A stretch of DNA of 64,000 nt from an uncultured Gammaproteobacteria bacterium (GTDB lineage Bacteria; Patescibacteriota; Microgenomatia; UBA8517). A program made the position numbers and the translations under genes. The notes below the pieces were generated by a model. It searched no databases and was not told the origin of the DNA. It saw only the letters and a list, made by a program, of their open reading frames with translations. Positions 1 through 7,771 of this stretch are shown here, one piece after another (positions within the stretch are counted from its first letter, which is position 1; each line of letters opens with the position of its first letter). The stretch is from contig CAZBTH010000004.1 of NCBI GenBank assembly GCA_964494885.1, positions 6,459 through 70,458 of the forward strand. The letters are read 5' to 3'.

Positions 1-4
1 GCTT

Positions 5-238
5 TTGCTACGCGATAAATGGCTTTCTCCCATCAAAATGGCTACGCTATCAGAACAAGAGTGGACCCAAATTTTTGATTTGTATTATCAGTTTAAAAAG
101 GAGCACGCCGAGACATTTGTTTATGTTTTTACAAACCCCAAAGATTACGTTAACCCTTGGAACGACCAGGAAACAATGAAGGATATGTTCATTCGAAGAG
201 TTGGAGAAAACTTCAGAACCGGAAAATATACTTATTAA
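5..238 (+). CDS. small hypothetical protein (77 aa)
   Basis: ORF only; no recognisable motifs; may be 5' truncated by window edge. Confidence 0.3.
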   Translation: MLRDKWLSPIKMATLSEQEWTQIFDLYYQFKKEHAETFVYVFTNPKDYVNPWNDQETMKDMFIRRVGENFRTGKYTY

Positions 239-241
239 TAC

Positions 242-1942
242 TTATTGTTCGTGTGTATCTGTGGTTGTTGGGCTAACCGGCTCCTGCTCTTTATCGGAAA
301 TGCGTGGCAGAGTTTTTTTGGTTATCAGCCTCTTAACAATAGTTATAAAGTAACTCGCCTCATTCACCCTTAAAATGAGTGAAATCATAATATATATTGC
401 CATCCCTATCAAAAAGGTGACAACCGTTAAAATTAGTAAGTTCCCGGCATAGCGTGTATCAAGTACAAATTTCTCAAACGGAATTGATGTCACCTGGTTT
501 AGCCAGTACCATCTGTCGAAAAACTTGATCAGGAAAAACATCGAAAATCCTGAAATTATTGTAGCTATAAAAATTTTGGCAATATGCCCAAAAAATTTCA
601 ATCCAATCAGTTCGCCAACTTTTTTGTGAAGGAGAATGGATAAAATTATTGCCTCAATTATAGTACTAAAAGAAAAGGATGCGGCAAGCGCCCAAACGGG
701 GAACCCGAAACCCTTCACCAAAAGAAAATCTCCGGCAATTAAAAGTCCAAGTCCTATGAAAGAAATTTTGACCGGGGTACGCGTGTCATGAAGAGCAAAA
801 AAGGCGCGTGCCAAAATTGACATCAATGTCTGCGAAACCACTCCTACAGCATACACCGACAGGACCATCCCTGTTTGAACGGTAGCCTCCCAATCAAATA
901 TTTTCGTCCCATAAACAAGACGAACTATCGGAATTCTTAAAACTATTAATGTAGCGGAGAGCGGTAAAGTAAAAAATATTGCCTGATAAATCGCAGTTAG
1001 AAGAATTCTCCTATATTCCTTTACATTCCCATCGGCGCGAGATAATAAGGGCAGTACCGCCTTTGCAAGCGATGTCCCAAAAAGAGTGACCGGCAGAAGC
1101 TGCAAGGTATTAGCGAATATGTAATAGGTATAAGAAGCCTGTGAGATAAGGGACGAAAGAAAAAGTTCAGTCGTTTTGCCTAATTGATCAAAAGTCAAGT
1201 CGACGACACGGGGAAGGGCTAAAGTCCCGACCTTTTTGACACCTTTGTCCGGCTTAAAATCCCAAATAAATCGAAAGCCGAGTTTCCGAGACAGCGGAAA
1301 CTGTACCATGAAATGAGCAAAAGCTCCGATTACAACCCCTACCGCCGGAGCCATAAGACCCAGATAACGCGTAAGAAATATCGTTCCCAAAATTATGCCT
1401 ACATTGTAAAAAAGTGGAGCAAGTGCCGGTACTAAAAATCTTCTTAGACTTTCCAACACCCCCGTTAACACATAACTTATGACAAAAAATCCCTGGGCCG
1501 CAAAAAGAATTCTGGCAAGGTTTGCGATTTGGACAGTTTCGCCGTTTTTATAACCCGGCGCAATCACCGAATAAATTTGTGGCGCCCAGATGGCTAAAAC
1601 TATTGTGGCAAACCCAAATACCAAAAGGCCTATGGTAACTACTCGCCCTGCAATTTCCCATGCCCGACTCTTGCCTTCTCTCAAGGCCTTAGTAAAAACC
1701 GGAATAAATGCGGAGGAGAATGTTCCAAAAACCAAAACCTCAAAAATTGCATCCGGAAGCCGAAAAGCCGCAAAGAAGAGTGATAAATCGCTTGGGGCAA
1801 AATAATTGGCCAACACTCTTTGCCTAACCAGTCCCAGGATCCTGCTGGCAACAATCATTATCATTATAAGCGTTGCTGCCGAAAGAACTGTGTTTTGTTG
1901 AGAATTCAGAAGTTTTTTTCCCTTCGCGATTAAATCATTCAT
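242..1942 (-). CDS. murJ: lipid II flippase MurJ/MviN
   Basis: 566 aa, ~14 TM; N-terminal region (SRILGLVRQRVLANYF, AFRLPD, FSSAFIPVF) matches MurJ/MviN (MOP superfamily) conserved blocks. Confidence 0.9.
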   Translation of the reverse strand: MNDLIAKGKKLLNSQQNTVLSAATLIMIMIVASRILGLVRQRVLANYFAPSDLSLFFAAFRLPDAIFEVLVFGTFSSAFIPVFTKALREGKSRAWEIAGRVVTIGLLVFGFATIVLAIWAPQIYSVIAPGYKNGETVQIANLARILFAAQGFFVISYVLTGVLESLRRFLVPALAPLFYNVGIILGTIFLTRYLGLMAPAVGVVIGAFAHFMVQFPLSRKLGFRFIWDFKPDKGVKKVGTLALPRVVDLTFDQLGKTTELFLSSLISQASYTYYIFANTLQLLPVTLFGTSLAKAVLPLLSRADGNVKEYRRILLTAIYQAIFFTLPLSATLIVLRIPIVRLVYGTKIFDWEATVQTGMVLSVYAVGVVSQTLMSILARAFFALHDTRTPVKISFIGLGLLIAGDFLLVKGFGFPVWALAASFSFSTIIEAIILSILLHKKVGELIGLKFFGHIAKIFIATIISGFSMFFLIKFFDRWYWLNQVTSIPFEKFVLDTRYAGNLLILTVVTFLIGMAIYIMISLILRVNEASYFITIVKRLITKKTLPRISDKEQEPVSPTTTDTHEQ

Positions 1943-1991
1943 ACCTGGTTGATATTCTAGCCTCTTTATCGTATACTAACAATCGTGAAAT

Positions 1992-2104
1992 CAGATAAAT
2001 CAGAGAAGCCGGAAAAATTCGGATAAATCTGATAGGTCGGATAAATCAGATCATTCTGACTTCTCCGACTTTCTCAGACCTCTCTGAAATCTTCTGATAA
2101 TCCG
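1992..2104. promoter_or_regulatory. cluster of 13-nt repeats (C[A/G]GATAAATC[A/T]GA) in murJ/rpsT divergent promoter region
   Basis: direct copies at 1992-2004, 2020-2032, 2038-2050 and an inverted near-copy TCTGATAATCCG at ~2093-2104, ending 10 nt before rpsT ATG. Confidence 0.4.
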
Positions 2105-2113
2105 ATTATTTAT

Positions 2114-2407
2114 ATGCCGGTAACAAAAACAGCCAAAAGAGCATTAAGAGGAAGTAGAGTCAAGGAAGGGATCAACAAGCTCATCATAAGTAAGCTTGAA
2201 TTTGCCGTGCGTTCAGCAAAAAAATCAAAATCGGAAAAAGATGTTCGCACTGCAACGTCTTTAGCCGACAGAGCAACAAAAAAGAGGGTTATTCACAAGA
2301 ATAAGGCAGCCAGAATAAAGTCGCAGATGGCAAAACTTTTGGTCAAGAAAAAAGAAAAGAAAGAAATTAAGCTAAAATCTTCAAAAACTCCAAAAAAGAA
2401 GTCGTAA
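2114..2407 (+). CDS. rpsT: 30S ribosomal protein S20 with Lys-rich C-terminal tail
   Basis: N-term KTAKRALRG..., internal IHKNKAARIKSQ matches S20 signature (E. coli IHKNKAARHK). Confidence 0.85.
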   Translation: MPVTKTAKRALRGSRVKEGINKLIISKLEFAVRSAKKSKSEKDVRTATSLADRATKKRVIHKNKAARIKSQMAKLLVKKKEKKEIKLKSSKTPKKKS

Positions 2408-2484
2408 GTTTTTGTTTTAAAAATTTAACAGCTTCTTTCACCCCTTTTCATATGCTATATTGAATACAGGTAGATCTTGTTGTT

Positions 2485-3018
2485 ATGCCCAAAAATAAAC
2501 CCATAAACCTATTGCCTCAAAAAGAGTTTGAAGGTTCGACTCTTGGTCGTGTGCTCAGATGGGCCACAGGGACTTTCAGGATTATTGTCATAATAACAGA
2601 GATGATCGTCATGGCCGCATTTCTTTCCCGTTTTTGGTTAGACGCTCAAAATTCAGATTTGACCGACTCGATAAAAATCAGAAGTGCCCAAATATTAGCG
2701 CAGGAGGGGCTGGAAAAACGGTTTAGAGAAATCCAGATCAAATTGAGTATTTTCAAAGCCCTCTCCACGATATCCAAACCTGGTGACAGAATGGAAATTG
2801 TGACATTAAGAACTCCGACCGACATTATTCTCTCGTCGGTATCCATTCAAGATGAATCTATATCCATAAAAGGAATCGCTTTTTCAGAATTTGCGATTGC
2901 GCAGTTCGTGAGCAACCTCAAAAGCGTTGCCTCTTTCAAGAAAGTTGAACTTGGTTCAATTAACTCATCTGAAGATAATTCAGGGTCAACGGTTTTTACA
3001 ATCAAAATCACAAACTAA
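2485..3018 (+). CDS. pilN: type IV pilus assembly protein PilN-like
   Basis: N-terminal INLLP motif, single TM, periplasmic domain; 177 aa typical size. Confidence 0.5.
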   Translation: MPKNKPINLLPQKEFEGSTLGRVLRWATGTFRIIVIITEMIVMAAFLSRFWLDAQNSDLTDSIKIRSAQILAQEGLEKRFREIQIKLSIFKALSTISKPGDRMEIVTLRTPTDIILSSVSIQDESISIKGIAFSEFAIAQFVSNLKSVASFKKVELGSINSSEDNSGSTVFTIKITN

Positions 3019-3022
3019 TAAA

Positions 3023-3676
3023 ATGGCACTTGGTTGGAAAGGATCATATTTACGATACAAGGAATATTTCTTAAACATCATGGCTCTTTATAAAAAAAGG
3101 GCCGACCTTCGCGCGTTCCTTGAAATCATACTTTCATTATCTGCAATCACAATATTTTTTGTCTTCGCACTGAAACCGACCGCCTTAACAATCATAAACC
3201 TGGTCAAAGAAATTCAGGAAAAAAGAATAACTATTATCGCTCTTGATCTGAAGATTAAAAACTTGCAAACTGCAGAAACAATTCTGGCTCAAAACGAGGC
3301 GACCCTGACCGACGTGGACACAGCGGTTTCATCACATGCCAACGTGGATGTTATCTCAAAACAAATTCAGGGGCTGGCCGCTAAGAATTCTGTCGCTGTC
3401 TTGGGTTTTTCTGTTGGCCAAACATTATTGGTCGGAACCACCACCTCCACAAAGAAAAGCTTCGATTATAAATCGATACCAGGGAACCCGGGCGAGATGC
3501 AAATATCATTAAGTATTAAGGGGGCGTATTCGAATATTGCGTCTTTCATAAAAGATTTTGAAGACTTGAGAATTGCAATCAAAATTGATAATTTGGGAAT
3601 TAATTCTTCCCAAACCGATTCCGAAAAAATTATAGTTGTTGTAATTTCGGGCAGAATACCTTTTTTGAAAAAATAA
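3023..3676 (+). CDS. pilO: PilO-like pilus assembly protein
   Basis: ORF 2927-3676 trimmed to in-frame ATG at 3023 just after pilN stop; TM + coiled coil + C-terminal ISLSIKGAYSNIASFIKDFE..IKIDNL resembling PilO core. Confidence 0.45.
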   Translation: MALGWKGSYLRYKEYFLNIMALYKKRADLRAFLEIILSLSAITIFFVFALKPTALTIINLVKEIQEKRITIIALDLKIKNLQTAETILAQNEATLTDVDTAVSSHANVDVISKQIQGLAAKNSVAVLGFSVGQTLLVGTTTSTKKSFDYKSIPGNPGEMQISLSIKGAYSNIASFIKDFEDLRIAIKIDNLGINSSQTDSEKIIVVVISGRIPFLKK

Positions 3677-3677
3677 T

Positions 3678-3995
3678 ATGAAAGTTCAAAAGATACCAAA
3701 TGTTGTCGTAGTACTTATATTGACCCTTGTTACTGTCATTATGTGGATATCAATGACTGTCTATGGAGCGTTTACATCCAAACCTCCAAATATCGTCTCT
3801 AAAGAAATATCTCAACCTCTCAATCCTGACATAGACAATGACACGCTGAAACAAATAGAGTCAAGTATTTTTCTTAGTGATTTCGAAATCCCGGACAGTG
3901 TGATTTCTACTAATAACACCGTCGCATCTTTTACACCGGCTCCAGCGCCTTTGCAACAAGAAACCTCCTCGCCATCTGCCGCATCATTACCTTGA
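3678..3995 (+). CDS. membrane-anchored small protein (possible PilP-like accessory)
   Basis: N-terminal TM, Pro/Ser-rich tail; position immediately after pilNO. Confidence 0.35.
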   Translation: MKVQKIPNVVVVLILTLVTVIMWISMTVYGAFTSKPPNIVSKEISQPLNPDIDNDTLKQIESSIFLSDFEIPDSVISTNNTVASFTPAPAPLQQETSSPSAASLP

Positions 3996-4004
3996 TATCA
4001 CAAA

Positions 4005-5324
4005 ATGATCAAAAAAAATAAAATTCCAACAATCTTAGGTATAATTATACTTCTTTCTGGTATTTTTGCCGGTATTTTCTTTTTGGGCATGAACCAAATC
4101 TTCAAGATTGGTGCCGACAGTTCTATTGCACCAAGAGACATACGTGTAAGCAATATCAATAATAACTCTGCAACAATTTCATGGATCACAGATAAGGAAG
4201 CCTCAAATTTTGTCTCCTGGGGAGAGAGCCAATCATTGTTAAACAGGGTCGGAGGGGAAGATAATTTAAAACTTTCAACTCATACCGTTTCGATTTCGGG
4301 ACTAAAACCCAATACCAAGTATTTCTACAAAATAAATTCCGAGGGAACCATGTTCGACAATAAAGGAATTCCGTGGGAGTTTTCTACCGGACCCGATTTA
4401 GGTATCAGTCAAAATGTCCTTCTGGTGTCAGGGTCTGTTATAAATGCTTCTGGTAAACCGGAAGAGGGGGTGCTTGTATATGTAGAGGTCGGAGGGTATC
4501 TTCTTTCTACGCTAACCTCAAACACCGGGAATTTTGTTTTTCAATTAGGTTCTGTCAGAACTCAGGATTTGGCTAGCTACACACAAATTGATAAGGCTCA
4601 AACGTTGTTGCAAATTTCGATTCAGGCTGGAGCCAGCGGGGTGGCTTCCGCTCAGATTTTCCCTCAATCTGCCAATCCGATTCCCCCTATAGTTTTAGGG
4701 CGGGTCTACGATCTTAGGAGTTTACAGCCCTCCGAAAGTGGTCAGATTCCGAACGCGAATTTAAATCTCCCTGAAAATACACCAAAAGAATCGAAGTTTT
4801 TTATCCCTGTAACAACGGGAGGGTCAACCCCAACTAGTGTAATATTGGAAAGTCTAATTGAAGGAGAAATTGTAACCAGCACCAGACCAGAATTTTTTGG
4901 CAGGGGTCCCGGAGGAGAAAGAATTACAATTACAATTCAACCAGACCCCGTAACACAAACTGTTGATATTGCCGAAGATGGAACTTGGACTTTTAGTCCT
5001 CCTGCCGATTTGGAACCCGGTGCCCATGCGATTACTGTTTCCTGGATTGGTTCAAATGGAATAACCAGAACATTAACAAGGAACTTTATTGTTCAGGCAA
5101 GTGAAAACCCCGCGTTTACAGCCTCTAACTCTGGATTGTTTCCGTCCCCCACCGCAACACCAAGGGAAACACCCACCGCCTCCCCGAGTTCGACACCAAC
5201 AACCACCCCCAAGCCCATACCTGTTACCGGGGAGTTGACTCCAACCATAATTCTCTTTATCATGGGATTGGCAGTTGCTATGTTTAGTTTTACTGTCTGG
5301 AAATTAGCCGAAAATAATGCCTAA
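4005..5324 (+). CDS. cell-surface protein with FN3 (purple-acid-phosphatase-N-like) and carboxypeptidase-regulatory-like domains, Thr/Pro-rich stalk and C-terminal IPVTG+TM anchor
   Basis: N-terminal signal anchor; ISWITDKEASNFVSWGES...LKPNTKYFYKI FN3 signature; C-term PIPVTGELTPTIILFIMGLAVAMFSFTVWK. Confidence 0.6.
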   Translation: MIKKNKIPTILGIIILLSGIFAGIFFLGMNQIFKIGADSSIAPRDIRVSNINNNSATISWITDKEASNFVSWGESQSLLNRVGGEDNLKLSTHTVSISGLKPNTKYFYKINSEGTMFDNKGIPWEFSTGPDLGISQNVLLVSGSVINASGKPEEGVLVYVEVGGYLLSTLTSNTGNFVFQLGSVRTQDLASYTQIDKAQTLLQISIQAGASGVASAQIFPQSANPIPPIVLGRVYDLRSLQPSESGQIPNANLNLPENTPKESKFFIPVTTGGSTPTSVILESLIEGEIVTSTRPEFFGRGPGGERITITIQPDPVTQTVDIAEDGTWTFSPPADLEPGAHAITVSWIGSNGITRTLTRNFIVQASENPAFTASNSGLFPSPTATPRETPTASPSSTPTTTPKPIPVTGELTPTIILFIMGLAVAMFSFTVWKLAENNA

Positions 5325-6264
5325 TCAAACTGACCCAAATCAAAATTCTCAACCAACCGGATCCATACCTCCACCTATCCCGGCGCAAACGACAGATCTT
5401 CCCCCTTTGCCGGATTTTATGACGGCGGATTCGTCGTCCCAAAAACCACCCACCCCGCCGGCAGTAACTGAAACAGTCAACGTATCAACAAACACAACAC
5501 CCGCACAATCAGACCAAGCAGGATCTGCCGCTCCTATTAATCTCCCTCAAATGGTTGCAAGCCCGAGAAAGAAATTTGGTGGGGGGAAAATAATTGCAAC
5601 AATTTTAGGACTCTTTCTTTTGGTTGGCGGGGTTGGGGCGGGAATAATATTAATAGGACAGAATCAGGATATTAATGAAAAAGCGGCATCAAATACTTTT
5701 AAACCTCCTTGTACAGCTGGTGGATGTTCGACAGACAACTACCCCGAAGACTGGGTAAACCATTACAGATGTTTAGGGGTGAAAGAAATGGGACAAAACT
5801 GTAATGATATAAAAGTTGCCACGGCGGTTGAGAGTGCAAGTTTTCAGTTTAATTGTGGTACTGAACAAATTGATTATTGGGATGGTAGTGCAAATAATAG
5901 TACAGGATTCACATCAATGTTTTATGATCAACCTTGCGAGTCGGGCGGCGGGGGTGGGGGTGGGGGTGCTTGTATCCCACTGATTAATATTTACAACTCC
6001 GATTGGGTAAAGGTGGAAAATCCGTCAAGTCTCCCGGCCGGGACTCCTGTACGTGTTGGTATTATTGACAGATATCAGACCACTGTTTTTAATAAAGCAA
6101 AGTTTACAATAAACGGCACGATAAAAGAGACCACCAAAAAGAAAGAGGTATTTATAATAGGAACAAGCGGTCCAAAAATGACCGTTCTTTACGAAGATTT
6201 TAATACTACAGGAGGCGAGACTAAAATTAATGCTCAAGTTGAATGGGGCGGATCATGGTACTAA
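5317..6264 (+). CDS. Pro-rich membrane-anchored extracytoplasmic protein
   Basis: N-terminal Pro-rich segment, single TM (IIATILGLFLLVGGVGAGIILIG), Cys-containing ectodomain with G8 run. Confidence 0.5.
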   Translation: MPNQTDPNQNSQPTGSIPPPIPAQTTDLPPLPDFMTADSSSQKPPTPPAVTETVNVSTNTTPAQSDQAGSAAPINLPQMVASPRKKFGGGKIIATILGLFLLVGGVGAGIILIGQNQDINEKAASNTFKPPCTAGGCSTDNYPEDWVNHYRCLGVKEMGQNCNDIKVATAVESASFQFNCGTEQIDYWDGSANNSTGFTSMFYDQPCESGGGGGGGGACIPLINIYNSDWVKVENPSSLPAGTPVRVGIIDRYQTTVFNKAKFTINGTIKETTKKKEVFIIGTSGPKMTVLYEDFNTTGGETKINAQVEWGGSWY

Positions 6265-6270
6265 AAATAA

Positions 6271-7350
6271 ATGAGAAATAAAAATAAAATATTAACAATT
6301 GGAATCGTATTAATTACTTTAATTTTAGCCGGTGTTGCAATCTTCACCGCAATTAGGCTATATCAAACCAGAAATATTGCGCCAACAAAATCCGAAGCCT
6401 CCGGCGTTCCAAGCGCTTGTCAACTTTCATTTAACATAACGGGTCCTTCCGCTTCCCCAACCCCAACTGCACCGCCGTCTTGCAACAGCAGTTGTACAAC
6501 AAATGCTAACTGTCCGACTGGGTTTACCTGTTGGGGAGAAGAACCCGGAGCAGCAAAGGTCTGTAGAAAAACAACATGTCAATGGTCGGCAAATTGTGTT
6601 TGCCCAACGGCTTCTCCCACAGCCACTCCAGCCCCGATTGTTTGTACAAACAAGAGAGTGTATAGAGATGTGGCATCCAACACCGCAGGTAATTACAATC
6701 TCTCAAGTGCCAACCTTCTAACCAATAACGCTAACGTAGATATTAATCAAAAGCTGGTATTTGTAGTAAGGCCCGGCCCGGCCAATGCTGTAGGCTCTGT
6801 TACAATAACCGATACCCTGTCAGCTAAAGTTACATTCATCGACAGTGATAGTAGGTGTGCCTATACAGCGTCTAACAGGAAAGTAACCTGTACTGTCAAT
6901 GGTCCAGATACTGCAAATACTCAAGTTGCGTTTAGAGTTTCGGTTAACGCAAGCGCGACAGGAACAATTTCAAACACTGCTGTGGTTCAAGCAGCTGGTG
7001 GGCAACCATCAAATTGTTCAATTGCTGTCGTTGTAGCCAACACACCAACAGACACACCAACACCGACGCCAACACCAACATCATCTGCAACACCAACCCC
7101 AACGGGAACGCCAAACTCATGCGGAGGAACCTGCGAAAGCAACTTTAACTGTGGAAGCGAATTGGTTTGCTACAACGGGATGTGTAGAAATCCCTCTTGT
7201 ACAGCCGAAAGTGACTGTGTTTGTAACGGAACACCTGCACCGACCGCAACACCTCCCACTCTTCCACAATCAGGAACTGATTGGCCGACGATGGTCGGAG
7301 CCGGACTTGGAATATTGGTCATCTTGGGGTCAATCTTACTGGCGCTTTGA
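6271..7350 (+). CDS. Cys-rich surface protein with DUF11-like repeat domain and C-terminal LPQSG + TM sorting-signal-like tail
   Basis: signal anchor, multiple CxxC-containing modules, PTPTPTPT linkers, C-term LPQSGTDWPTMVGAGLGILVILGSILLAL. Confidence 0.55.
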   Translation: MRNKNKILTIGIVLITLILAGVAIFTAIRLYQTRNIAPTKSEASGVPSACQLSFNITGPSASPTPTAPPSCNSSCTTNANCPTGFTCWGEEPGAAKVCRKTTCQWSANCVCPTASPTATPAPIVCTNKRVYRDVASNTAGNYNLSSANLLTNNANVDINQKLVFVVRPGPANAVGSVTITDTLSAKVTFIDSDSRCAYTASNRKVTCTVNGPDTANTQVAFRVSVNASATGTISNTAVVQAAGGQPSNCSIAVVVANTPTDTPTPTPTPTSSATPTPTGTPNSCGGTCESNFNCGSELVCYNGMCRNPSCTAESDCVCNGTPAPTATPPTLPQSGTDWPTMVGAGLGILVILGSILLAL

Positions 7351-7625
7351 TCACACTTCTAAACACATTGTTGGATTTTTTTAAAAAAAATTATGTTTTC
7401 ATTGTTGTTGTACTCTCTACAGCAATTATTATGTATGTTGCCTTTTATTTAACGACTTCTTCCCTCAAAAAACTTAAAACCTCAATCTTTACGTCATACC
7501 CTTTTGATCTTTTTTTTCCACACGAAGGGGGTTGGTCTGTCGGTTACTTCCTCATAATAATTCTATTCTTGGGACTGCTTATTTATTTTCTGGGGAAGGG
7601 GAATTTTGTCCTTGGGCCGGCATAA
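7281..7625 (+). CDS. small hypothetical membrane protein
   Basis: ORF with 2-3 predicted TM segments; overlaps end of previous gene so real start may be a later Met. Confidence 0.3.
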   Translation: MADDGRSRTWNIGHLGVNLTGALITLLNTLLDFFKKNYVFIVVVLSTAIIMYVAFYLTTSSLKKLKTSIFTSYPFDLFFPHEGGWSVGYFLIIILFLGLLIYFLGKGNFVLGPA

Positions 7626-7771
7626 TAATCAAAAAAACCGGAATACTTAGAGTGTTTGAACTTCCAACCTTCTGATTTTCTGATGATCCGAGTTCTCCGA
7701 ATTGACCGACTCTCTGGTGTCTATCTCCAACTCGCTACCCAATAGTAACTTTTACGACACAAGCCGAAGAG

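Noticed and set aside
1590-1805. 71-aa ORF inside murJ on the opposite strand, and the many other 60-100-aa ORFs nested in annotated genes
   Set aside because: Nested antisense ORFs with no support; typical six-frame noise in AT-rich DNA.
2927-3022. 5' extension of the pilO-like ORF overlapping pilN
   Set aside because: The extension has no start codon context. The in-frame ATG at 3023 directly follows the pilN stop.
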